Below are positions 52,195 through 63,180 of a DNA stretch of 64,000 nt, piece by piece. Position numbers and translations under genes: made by a program. This DNA comes from Octopus sinensis (taxonomy: Eukaryota), in the NCBI RefSeq assembly GCF_006345805.1, contig NC_043003.1, positions 52,514,001 to 52,578,000 of the forward strand, written 5' to 3'. How positions within the stretch are numbered: the first letter of the stretch is position 1; every line of letters starts with the position of its first letter. Below the pieces are notes generated by a model, which ran no database searches, was not told the origin of the DNA, and saw only the letters and a list, made by a program, of their open reading frames with translations.

Positions 52195-52522
52195 TCCTTG
52201 ATTCGGATTTGGGAACACTGAAAGCGGGGGCATACCCTTTTGGCTTCTTATCACTTCCGGAGATCTGCTCCAACTACCAGTGCTATCAAATTCAAAATAT
52301 GCAAGCGAAGAATTTCTGCTCTCCCCTTTCCACCAGCGTGGGTTAGAATTGGTAAACACTATGTTTTATCGGTAAAAACCGAAGCAATTAAATAGAGAGA
52401 AATGAATTATAATTTCAACAATTGAGGGTAAAATTAATTAATTATTAATCAATTTCACCAAGTATTCAGTATGTAAAGGGACCATTTAAGGCGAATTCAA
52501 ATTCCCAAATCCGAATCAAGGA

Positions 52523-52584
52523 GTTCTGAGCTGACGAAAGAAATGTCGATTTGACTAATCTAGAAACGTACGTTCTCAAATAAC
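52523..52584 (+). ncRNA. Type I hammerhead ribozyme motif
   Basis: Stem I TGAG/CTCA (plus GTT/AAC after a bulge); core CTGACGA 52531-37; stem II AGA..GTC-GATTT-GAC..TCT; GAAA 52563-66; palindromic stem III ACGTACGT; predicted GUU cleavage after 52574. Confidence 0.75.
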
Positions 52585-53336
52585 CTTTGCATTTGTGATT
52601 TTTTAATATTTTACCCCCATATCTTCGTGAGTTGACTTGAGCAAACACTATATGAGAGAGATTTTCTTTAAGTATTAGAAATAGTTTAAAAAAATTTTTT
52701 AGCTGCGATTTCTAATGAGTTCAGTATGTGGCAAAGTAATTTATTTTACTAAGCCCTTTTATATAATATATATATATATATATGTATGTGTGTATGTATA
52801 TGTTTGTGTGTCTGTGTTTGTCCCCCCAACATTGCTTGACAACCAGTGGTGGTGTGTTTACATCCCCGTAACTTAGCGGTTCAGGAAAAGAGACCGATAG
52901 AATAAGTACTAGGCTTACAAAGAATAAGTTATGGGGTTGATTGGGGTCGATCTGTTCAATTAAAGGCAGTGCTCCAGCATGGCCACAGTCAAATGACTGA
53001 AACAAGTAAAAGAGTAAAGAGTGTATATTCAAGAAAAAAGTTTCTAGTGTATTAAGTCATGTAATATCTAAAGCAATCCAGCAGTGTATTACAAAATATT
53101 ACTAAGATATCTTATTTATTACAGAAAACATTACTCTTTACTCTTTTATCTGTTTCAGTCATTTGACTGCGGCCATGGTGGAGCACCTCCTTTAGTCGAT
53201 ATGGAGTATCGAAATTTTAACTTATTCTTTGTAAGCTGAGTACTTATTCTATCAGTCTCTTTTGCTGAACTGCTATGTTATGGGGATGCAAACACACCAG
53301 CTTCGGTTGTCAAGCGATGTTGGGGGGCAAACACAG

Positions 53337-53373
<37 letters not shown>

Positions 53374-54021
53374 CAACAGGTTTCTTTCAGTTTCCATCTA
53401 CCAAATCCACTCACAAGGCTTTGGTCGGCCTGAGAGTATAGTAGAAGACACTTGCCCAAGGTACCATGCAGTGGGACTGAATCCAGAACCATGTGGTTGG
53501 TAAGCAAGCTACTTATCACACAGCCACTATAAAAAACTAACAGTACAGCTGAACAGGAAGCAAGAAATTACGATAGCGAAAATATTTTATATGATTACAG
53601 TAATAAAACATACAAGAAAATACAAAGAATACATATAAAAAGCAAGCTTCAACAACAATCAAAAACAAACCAAAACAAATTAACAAAAAACTTTAATCAT
53701 TTTCAGAGCCAGAAAAATCCTTATCATCAGATCTTAAAAACCCATTATCACTGTTGCTCGTATATGACTATTGATATTATTGCCTTTAAATAATGCACCA
53801 TCTGTTGTGCAATCTGGGATATAATCAGTACCACACTTCTTAAGAGTTTCACAATTGCTTCAGGTTTTTTTTTAGATAATCCCAAAACTGACCCACTTAC
53901 TTATGCACCTGTGCAATGGTGGACCACTTCATTCTCCTGTGAGTGTGAGGCCCTGATGTGGTTCTCCCAACCTTTTGTTCCAATGTTCTTGCATATTCTG
54001 CTTAAATGGTACATTCACATC

Positions 54022-54024
54022 ATA

Positions 54025-54086
<62 letters not shown>

Positions 54087-54142
54087 AATAATAATAATAA
54101 AAATAATAATAATAAAATAATAACAACAACAATAATAATAAT
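54022..54142. repeat. Compound microsatellite (TAAA)n(TAA)n(TGA)n(CAA)n
   Basis: Directly visible. Confidence 0.95.
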
Positions 54143-55192
54143 GGTAATGCTTAAGTAAATATTATTATTATGGAGTTAGGCTAGGTAGAAGATATTATTT
54201 AGACTATAATTAGCCTATAGTAATGAGTGTTAAGAACGAATTAGCTTATGGGAGGCCCAACTTTGCATATAGCACCTTGGGGGGTTTCTAAGAAAAAAAT
54301 ATACCTTATATGCCATAAAATAAAGTAATTAGTGTGGGGATGGTTGAACAAGGTATCACTAATGACTGAGCAGCTACAATTACCTATTAACTATTAGTGT
54401 AAGGTAAAATGCTTGTAATGTTCAAAAGTCTTAAAAGTTCTATGTAGGCACTATGAAATTTATGTAGCTATCATCATCGTCATCATTTAATATCCATTTT
54501 CCATGCTGGCATGGGTTGAATGGTTTGACAGGAGCTGGTCAACTGAAGAGCTGTCTGGACTCCATGTCTGTTTTGGCATGGTCTCTATGGCTGGATGCCC
54601 TTCCTAGAGGGTAGTATTTATTGAGTGTAGGGATTTTGGCAAACAAGGATTCCTATGCTTTCAGTTGTGCATAGGCTACAATGTCTAATATTTTCTCAGT
54701 ATGAATTTGTTTTTGATGAAATGTTCCATTTCAGGAGGTATTCCTTATCTCTAGTCTTTAAGTCCTAAATGTTGTTGAATAGTGAGGTATCATCGTTTTG
54801 GGTTAGGTCTTAGCATGAATGATAGGATGATTTAAGTGTTGGTTAAAAGGAATAGAAATGAGAAAAACTGGTGTGTACTGGTACTGTACATAAGTAGCAT
54901 TTTTCATTAAACAGTTTGAATTCAGTGGACAAGTATTAGGGTAAATATAAAAAACACCACTTGAGCATGGCCGTTGCCAGTACCGCCTGACTGGCCCTTG
55001 TGCTAGTGATACATAAAAGCACCCACTACACTCTCGGAGTGGTTGGTGTTAGGAAGGGCATCCAGCTGTAGATACTCTGCCAGATCAGATTGGAGCCTTG
55101 TGCAGCCATCTGGTTCGCTAGTCCTCAGTCAAATCGTCCAACCCATGCTGGCATGGAAAGCAGACGTTAAACGATGGTGATGATGATGATGA

Positions 55193-55233
<41 letters not shown>

Positions 55234-55245
55234 TATGCATATATA

Positions 55246-56734
55246 CTAGCTGATATACCCAGTAATTCCTGGAAAAGTGGGGCTTATCTCCTGGTTCCGT
55301 TCTCATAATTGTTTCACAAATCCAGTAGTAACAATACAAAGTATGTAACCCTTAAAATGGTTTTTGTGCATTTACAGAGAATACCGAACAATCATACATA
55401 GGATCTTGTTTTTAGAAAACCCCAATAAGTTATGAATACCAAAATCGTGAAGCCAATTATGTTATAACATACAGCTGAGTTACCCGATAGTAACAATTCA
55501 AAGAAAGTAGCTTTGAAAAGAGCTTTAATGCATGACGTAATAACAGGCAAATTGGATATGAGATAATAACAATTGAAAGTAAGTCTGGAAAGTTCTTCAG
55601 GTAGCACCTGTCAATTGGTCGAAGTGACATGAAAGGCATCGTCATTCATGATATATTGGTGAATAAGTTACTAACAGAAATAAGTGGATCTATTGTTAAA
55701 GAAAATACTATTTTTCCTGTTTAAGAGTTGTTCTGGGTAAAGTGCGAAAATAACTCTAACAGTTGAAATACCATAAAAAGCCTTGTAATTTGCACACCTG
55801 TTTAATTTACGCAGGTGATTTTCGGGATAAAATTTGTTAAAAAAAGCTTCTTTTCAGAATTTTCAGAATTGCCAATATGACCAGGGAAAAATGGTTTCCA
55901 ATTTAGTTGTATTTAGCATAAATTCACTTACTTATGATTAGATTTTATTAAATTTTCATTAAATAAAAGTAATTAATGTTTCACAGGTATCACATTGAAA
56001 GCTAATCAATTATGAAGTGTTTGTGTTGCTTATAATAAACTTTATTTTACATTTCTTGCCCATAAGAGATTATGTCCAATCTTTAGCATACTTCTGTATG
56101 TCTTCTCGAATTACGATCACAGGAAAAGTTGTTGATAATTCTTATCAACAAAAATCAAAGCTGGCTGATAAATATACACAAGTGTTGCAAAATAAGTTGA
56201 ATTACCAATTAACATCAGCTTGGATGACACTTTACTCAACCGACAGAGGAAGGTGACAGATTAAACTGATTATGTAAACAGAATTCTGATTGTTTGAAAG
56301 TGTCTTCTTGTCTCAGGCTCTGATTTTCCACCTGTTCTCGTTGGAACCTTTGATATGGAGTATAGAAATTTTAATCCCTTTCACACTTCTGAAATGTCAA
56401 GCAAACTTAAAAATTTGTCATTACCGTTTTAGCCAGGAGACCAAACTGATAGTTTGGTAATCTGCTAAAATAAACACAAATAAATTGAGGGAGAAATGAT
56501 CAATGTGCAAAAGAGAAAAATAAAGAAAAATGAATGCGTTATTTCTCCATGGTCATTAAAAGAACATAAATGGGTTATATGTGGACTCCAATTATAAATA
56601 TTTATTAAACTGCAATGAGCGCCTAGTAACAAGTTAGTTGTTGGTTTAACATGTATAAAAAGCTTCACAAAGATTCATTAATGGGTGAAGACAGCAACTT
56701 AACACAAACAGACTGCAGTTTATATATGTATAGA
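55246..56734 (-). mobile_element. Non-autonomous Helitron
   Basis: Minus strand begins A|TCTATACATATATAAAC and ends CCAG-GAATTA-CTGG (hairpin) ...GTATATCAG-CTAG|T: TC...CTAG termini, an A|T insertion site and a subterminal hairpin. Confidence 0.72.
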
Positions 56735-57193
56735 TTAAGGCAGCAAGCTGGTAGAGTTGTTAGCATGCTGGGTATAATGCTTAGCAGCATTTTGTCTGTC
56801 ACTATGTTCTGAGTTCAAATTCTACTGAAGTTGGCTTTGTCTTTCATTCTTTCAGGGTTGATAAAATAAGTATCAGCTGAGCACTGGGGTTGATGTAATC
56901 AACTTACCTCACCCCTAAAATTGCTGGCCTTGTGCCAAAATTTGAAATCATTATATATATATATTCTTTTCTACTCTAGGCACAAGGCCTGAAATTTTGT
57001 GGGAGGGGTCCAGTGTATTAGATCAACCCCAGTACATAACTGGTACTTAATTTATCGATTTTGAAAGGATGAAAGGCAAAGTCAATCTTGGCAGCATTTA
57101 AACTCATAACATAAAGACAGAAGAAAAACTGCTAAGCATTTCGCCCAGCACGCTAATGTTACTGCCAGCTTGCAACCTTCCTTATATTGAAAT

Positions 57194-57234
<41 letters not shown>

Positions 57235-57497
57235 GTTTTACTACATGCTTGCAATAGCATTAAGAATCTGTATGTATATAAATAATGTATAAAGTGTATA
57301 GTGTCTGTGTGCTCTCCTGCTAACTATAGACCAACATATCTTTTACCTTTTATTTGTTTCAGTCATTTGACTGTGGCCATGTTGGGGCACCACCTTGAAG
57401 GGTTTTAATCAAATGAATCGATACCAGTATTTAATTTTTTATGTCTGGTATTTATTCTATCAGTCTATTGTTGAACTACTATGTTATGGGGACTAAA

Positions 57498-57715
57498 CCC
57501 TTTTGTTACCATATTTGAGATGCTCTGTGTTTCTTTCAGTTAGTTTTAGATATTACAAAGAATTTAGTAAAAATGCTTAGTTATCATTAAACTTAGTGTT
57601 CAGAACATAAATTGCGACTAAGGTTTGGTGGAAGATTTTAATTCAAAACTTAGGAAAGCAAGACATTTGTACTACAGAGCCAGAGGCGGTTTCAGCCAGG
57701 TTGGTATTGAAGGGG
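57498..57715. mobile_element. piggyBac-type MITE inserted in a SINE
   Basis: CCCTTTTGTTACC...GGTATTGAAGGGG|TTAA; an inverted relative lies at ~27564-27772. Confidence 0.65.
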
Positions 57716-57768
57716 TTAAACAACACCAACACCAGTTGTCAAGTGGTGATGGTGGGGGACAAACACAG

Positions 57769-58028
57769 CAGGGCTGTGGAGTCAATCGGAAACAAAGGGT
57801 AGCTGAGTCAGAGTCGGTAAAACTATACTGACTCCGACTCACAATATCTTTATTCTTTGATATAAACCAGTTATAACATATAGGCCTACTCAAAGTATAA
57901 GCGTATGCATATGCTTTATGAGATATGTAGTCCACAATCACTTAATTACATAAAGAGGAGTCAGAGTTGGAGGTACCAATAGCAAAGGAGTCGGAGTCAA
58001 AGTTTTTAGTTTCAACCCCACAGCCCTG
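57769..58028. mobile_element. hAT-like MITE with GGAGTC subterminal repeats
   Basis: CAGGGCTGTGG...CCACAGCCCTG termini; 8-bp flanks AAACACAG / ATACAAAG. Confidence 0.7.
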
Positions 58029-58604
58029 ATACAAAGGCACACTTTCTGAATGTAATATGAAAGGCAAAATTTTTTAATTTTAATAATTTATGATAAAAAA
58101 ATCAAATGCAGACCCTATTATATGTCCGAGGTCAAATTATTCATGCATCAGAAGTATGGAAGTAATTAATAAAGCTGTTTTCGTATTGAAAGTGAATACG
58201 CACACATCTCTATTTTATATATTAGAAGATGGTATGGTATGGTATGGTGGACTCTCCCATCAAAGAATGACCTGCGCAAAGGATTTGATTATTGTGATCA
58301 AATGTTCATACCACATATTAGCTTACCCTCACCATCAAATTGACATTGTCTAAAGAGCTGCACAGTGTACCACATTTCAGATGTGAAAGGGATCGTAGAG
58401 CAACGTGAGATCACCTAGAATGTTAGTGCAACACCCTGACCACTAAACCACACACCTTTATATCTACACACACACACACACATGACAGGCTTCTTTCGGC
58501 TTCCATCTGCCATGTCCACCTTAGTCAGCCCAGGGCTTTCTGAAGATTATTTAATATATACCTAACATCAAAATTATAACAAGAAACAAAACATATGCAT
58601 ATAT

Positions 58605-59143
58605 GATGGCTGCCCCCTCGTTATCGAGTATGGCCATTGCACGAAGCTTAATCAAAGTTGTTATCGTGCAATGCCTGTGCAAGAAGATATTTTTAAAGTG
58701 AGGAAAGGCTGTGCACTGAGTCAATCCCGCTCACTAAGCAACATCAGCCATAATCCGAAAAGAAGAACAAGTCAACATCATCGGTAACCACTGAGCCACA
58801 GGTTTTATATCGGAGTTACCCGAGTTACCTTCTAGAAGGATGCCCTAACAAAGGCTAGGAGTCCTTCACTCCCAATGGTTTAACCACATGATCAGGTATT
58901 CAGTCCAATTATTTCTATGTTCCCGTGCATGATACAGCCTTAAGACATTTATTGGATGGCCGCTGACTCTCAAGAGTTCCTCCGCCCTTTGACGGGTTTT
59001 GTTTTTCATCCCACAGGGTGTCCAATAAACACCCTCCTCACCAAGCAAGCTTGGTGGGGTTGCCAGTTTAATCGCCGACGACCCAACCATGCAACAGGTT
59101 GTACTGGGTTACATGTTACCAGTAGCACTCGAAAGTGACCTGT
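58605..59143 (-). mobile_element. Structured non-coding retroposon, probably RTE-dependent
   Basis: Perfect 12-bp TSD ATATGCATATAT (58593-58604, 59144-59155); CpG-retaining and hairpin-rich; no credible ORF. Orientation is inferred from the CCATC(AT) end. Confidence 0.6.
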
Positions 59144-59189
59144 ATATGCATATATACGTACATGCATGCATACATACATTCATATATAT

Positions 59190-59369
59190 ATGATGACCCA
59201 GAAGTCACGCACCATTCTGGTTTTCATTAAAAATAATTGACACAATTTTTTTTTCTAATTTATTTTATTGCAGAGGGTGCTCAATTTGAGTATTTGTTAT
59301 GATTAATTTCAATAAAGGTGTATTTTTCTTTAAAAAACCAGGATGGTGTGCGACTTCTGAGATACCCTG
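59190..59369. mobile_element. Tc1/mariner-type MITE
   Basis: Inverted termini CAGAAGTCACGCACCATTCTGGTTTT / AAAACCAGGATGGTGTGCGACTTCTG in TA context. Confidence 0.6.
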
Positions 59370-60085
59370 TATATATGATAGTTGGGTTTAAAATTTTCTT
59401 CTTTTAGTCTGTTGGTTGCACGACATGTTGCCTGTTCTTTCCAGTTTATTTGTCTTTTACTTGTTTCAATCATTTAACGTCAGCCATGATGGGGCAACAC
59501 CTTGAAGGGTTTCTTGTTGAGCAGGTCGATCCCAGTACTTATTTTATCGGTTCTCTTTTGCCGAACCGCTAAATTGCAGGGATGTAAACAAACCAACACC
59601 ACTTGTCAAACGGTGATAGATGACAGATACATGCACATTTACACACACGATGGGCTTCTACACAGTTTCTGTCAAAAAATTCTGTCTGACCCATGCAAGC
59701 ACGGAAAAGAGGATATTAAGATGATGATGTCATGCCATCCTAAATATGTTGATGCACTTAACCGGTGGGAGACAAGGCGAATAGTTGAAGTTTGATTATC
59801 ATGTATTATGCGGACAACTATTACTCAGTTTTAAAAGGTGGGAGAAAATTATGGGGTGACATTATACACAAATAAATAAATAAATATGGAGATTGTTTTC
59901 CTCCTATGACTCACTGGACTATGGGATTAGTGATTACAATGCTTCAGTCATTTTCAACAAAATATTACACTGCAACTGATGCAACATTAGTCATGGCAAT
60001 ATTTTGAAATATTTGTGTGTGTGTGTGTATCCAACATATTTTTCTTATATTGAACTCTACTATTTCTTTCTATTTAGCTCATAAT

Positions 60086-60133
60086 GCCTCTGATAATGGG
60101 ATATTTTTTGTATCCCTGAAACAGCTGTAAGAC
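60086..60133 (+). ncRNA. Hammerhead relic (G8A core change)
   Basis: GCCT-CTGATAA-TGGGATA-TTTTTTG-TATCCCT-GAAA-CAGCTG-TA-AGAC. 6-bp stem II, palindromic ACAGCTGT stem III, GUA triplet. Confidence 0.6.
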
Positions 60134-60199
60134 CACCTTTCTATTTATAAATGCCCTAGAAATATCACATTGCCTTGGTATTGTTATCTTATTTTATTT

Positions 60200-63180
60200 A
60201 GGTAGATCTGGCGAGATAGTTGAGATGCTTGAACGGAGATGGGTTGATGTATGTTGCATGCAAGAAATAAGGTGGAGAGGAGGATCTGCTAGGTTCCTCA
60301 CAGGCAAGGAACACAGGTACAAGATTTTCTGGGCAGGGAACACTGACGGGGTCGGTGGCGTGGGTATACTTATCGCTGAGAAATGGGTAGATAGAGTACT
60401 GAGGTAATCAGAGTAAGTGACAGAATACTTAAGATTAGAATAGTGCTTCATAATAGATTAGCAACCATTATATCGGCCTATGCCCCTCAGCCAGGGCTAC
60501 CCGATGGACAGAAAGACAGTTTCTATGACACCCTACTGCAGACCACCTCATTGACGAACGACAGGGACCTTCTCTTTGTGGCTGGTGATTTCAATGGGCA
60601 TGTTGGACGACATGCTGGGGGCTTCCATGGCGTACATGGAGGCTACGGTTATGGTTCCCGCAACGAGGAGGGAACCAGGCTGCTGGAGTTCTGCGATGCA
60701 AATGACCTTATGGTCTGCAATACCAACTTCAGGAAACCCACCTCTCACCTAGTCACCTACCGTTCTGGCGGACACACCAGCCAGATTGACTACATCCTTG
60801 CCAGAAAAAGGGAAAGATGGCTGCTTATAAATGCCAAAACCTTCCCAGGCGAAGAATGCACCCCACAACATAGACTGGTAGTTAGTGACTTTAGGATCAG
60901 GACTAAGAGGGCGACTAGAAGACGACCAACATGGAGAAGAAGGGTCTGGAAGCTAAAAGACCCTGCGAATGGACAGAGATTTAGAGATATGTTACTTGAA
61001 GCCTTTGACGAAGTGGAAGGGGGTATAGCTACGCATGGGGTAGAAGACAACTGGACGTTTCTGAGGGACAACCTGCTGAAAGCCGCTGACCAGATCTGTG
61101 GCTGGTGCAAAGTCCCCTTAAGACCCAAAATAACGTGGTGGTGGAACAATATTGTTGACAGGGCTATTAGACAAAAGAAACAGGCTTGGAAGAACGGTGG
61201 TAGCAGGGAAGTGTATCAGACTGCCAGAAGGGAAGCTAGGAGACAGGTATATCTAGCCAGAGGGGAGGCAGATAAAGAAAAATTTGCCAATGTCCTGCGC
61301 CGTGAGGATGAAAGACTTGAGGTATTTCGTGTTGCAAGACAGTGTGTGAGAGAGAATCGTGACGTGGTAGGAGAGAAATGTGTTCGCAAGGATGACGGTT
61401 CACTTGCGCTAAATGAGGATGCAAAGAGAGAGGCTTGGAGATGCCACTATGAAAGGTTGCTGAATGAGGAAAATGAATGGGATAAAGAGAGTCTCCCGAA
61501 TGTCGACCCAACAGAGGGACCAGCAATCCGAGTTAACAGTTCCTTAGTAGATAAGGCAATTAGAAGCATGAAAACAGGGAAAGCCCCAGGCCCATCAGGA
61601 ATTACTGCAGAGATGCTCAAAATATCTGGTAGTGTCGGCTATAGCTTAGTCACCCGTATAGTAAACCAGGTGATACACGAAGGAGTCATACCCAATGACT
61701 GGTGTAGCAGCATAATAGTCAACTGCTACAAAGGTAAAGGCGACGCCCTAGATACAAATAACTACAGGGGCATCAAGCTGCTGGATCAGGTAATGAAGGT
61801 TACGGAGAGGGTTATAGCCCAATTAATTAGAGAGAGAGTTATCTTAGATGATATGCAGTTTGGGTTCGTGCCAGGGAAAAGTACTACTGATGCTATATTC
61901 CTGGTAAGACAGCTGCAGGAGAAATACCTAGCCAAAGATAAGCCCTTGTATCTGGCTTTTGTTGACTTGGAGAAAGCCTTTGACAGGGTCCCCCGATCCC
62001 TTATCTGGTGGTCAATGAGGAAACTAGGGATAGATGAATGGTTAGTGAGAGCTGTGCGAGCCATGTACAGAGACGCTGCTAGTAAGGTGAGGGTTGGCAA
62101 CGAGTACAGTGAAGAATTCCGGGTAGAGGTTGGGGTCCACCAAGGTTCAGTCCTCAGTCCCCTCCTATTTATCATAGTCCTCCAGGCAATAACGGAGGAA
62201 TTCAAGACAGGATGCCCCTGGGAGCTCCTCTATGCTGATGACCTTGCTCTAATTGCTGAGTCACTATCAGAACTGGAGGAGAAGTTTCAGGTGTGGAAAC
62301 AAGGATTAGAATCGAAGGGCCTTAGAATCAACCTAGCCAAAACCAAAGTCCTAATAAGTAGGAAGGTGGACCAATCACAAACGACTTCAGGTAGATGGCC
62401 CTGCTCGATCTGTAAAAAAGGTGTAGGTAGAAACTCTATAAGGTGCACCAAGTGTAAGCTATGGACACATAAGAGGTGCAGCAATGTCAAAGGAAGGCTA
62501 AGAAAATAGTTTTTGTCTGTGGCAGATGCTCAGGAGCAATAAACACTGGAAATGTGCAGAGACCAACTTCTACCACGTTCCAGGGAGACAAACTAGAAGT
62601 AGTTGATAGCTTCCGCTACCTAGGAGACCAAGTCAGTAGCGGGGGTGGGTGTGCTGAAAGTGTAACTGCTAGAGTAAGAATAGCCTGGGCAAAGTTTAGA
62701 GAGCTCTTACCCCTGCTGGTGACAAAAGGCCTCTCGCTAAGAGTAAAAGGCAGACTATATGATGCGTGTGTACGTACAGCCATGCTACATGGTAGTGAAA
62801 CATGGGCCATGACTGCTGAGGATATGCGTAAGCTTGCAAGAAATGAAGCCAGTATGCTCCGATGGATGTGTAATGTCAGTGTTCATAATCGTCAGAGTGT
62901 AAGTACTTTGAGAGAAAAGTTGAACCTAAGAAGTGTCAGTTGTGGTGTGCAAGAGAGACGGCTGCGCTGGTATGGTCATGTGACGAGAATGGCTGAAGAT
63001 AGTTGTGTGCCAAAGTGCTACACCCTAGCAGTTGAGGGAACCTGTGGAAGAGGTAGACCCAGGAAAACCTGGGACGAGGTGGTGAAGCACGACCTTCGAA
63101 CTTTAGGTCTCACCAAGGAAATGACTGAAGACCGAGTCCTATGGAAGTGTGCTGTGCATGAGAGGACCCGGCAGGACTAG
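60200..63180 (+). mobile_element. RTE-clade non-LTR retrotransposon ORF (APE endonuclease + RT + PHD-like finger), slightly 5'-truncated, two frameshifts
   Basis: ORFs 60225-60407, 60443-62509 and 62476-63180 join across frameshifts near 60398 and 62500. APE motifs CMQE, SAYAPQ, GDFNGHVG, SQIDYIL, QHRLV; RT motifs GKAPGPSG, YRGIKLL, QFGF, FVDLEKAFDRVP, GVHQGSVLSPLLF, YADD; C-terminal LRWYGHV and GRGRPRKTW typical of RTE. Confidence 0.95.

Larger units (their letters stand above)
51851..52767. mobile_element. Non-coding Penelope-like/retrozyme-like insertion with direct and inverted repeats and two hammerheads
   Basis: 89-bp direct repeat (51851-51939 = 52415-52503). ~270-bp inverted repeat (51945-52215 vs 52502-52767). 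Inserted in the (TA)n tract of a SINE. Each inverted arm holds a hammerhead core. Confidence 0.8.
51650..53022 (+). mobile_element. tRNA-derived SINE, family 1, split by the hammerhead element
   Basis: Head at 51650-51845 and tail at 52768-53022 flank the 51851-52767 insert. Confidence 0.85.

Noticed and set aside
53929-54132. Poly-Tyr/His ORF
   Set aside because: Translation of a compound trinucleotide microsatellite.
61786-62205. Antisense ORFs within the LINE (also 60790, 61236, 62287, 62616)
   Set aside because: Shadow frames of the RT coding strand.
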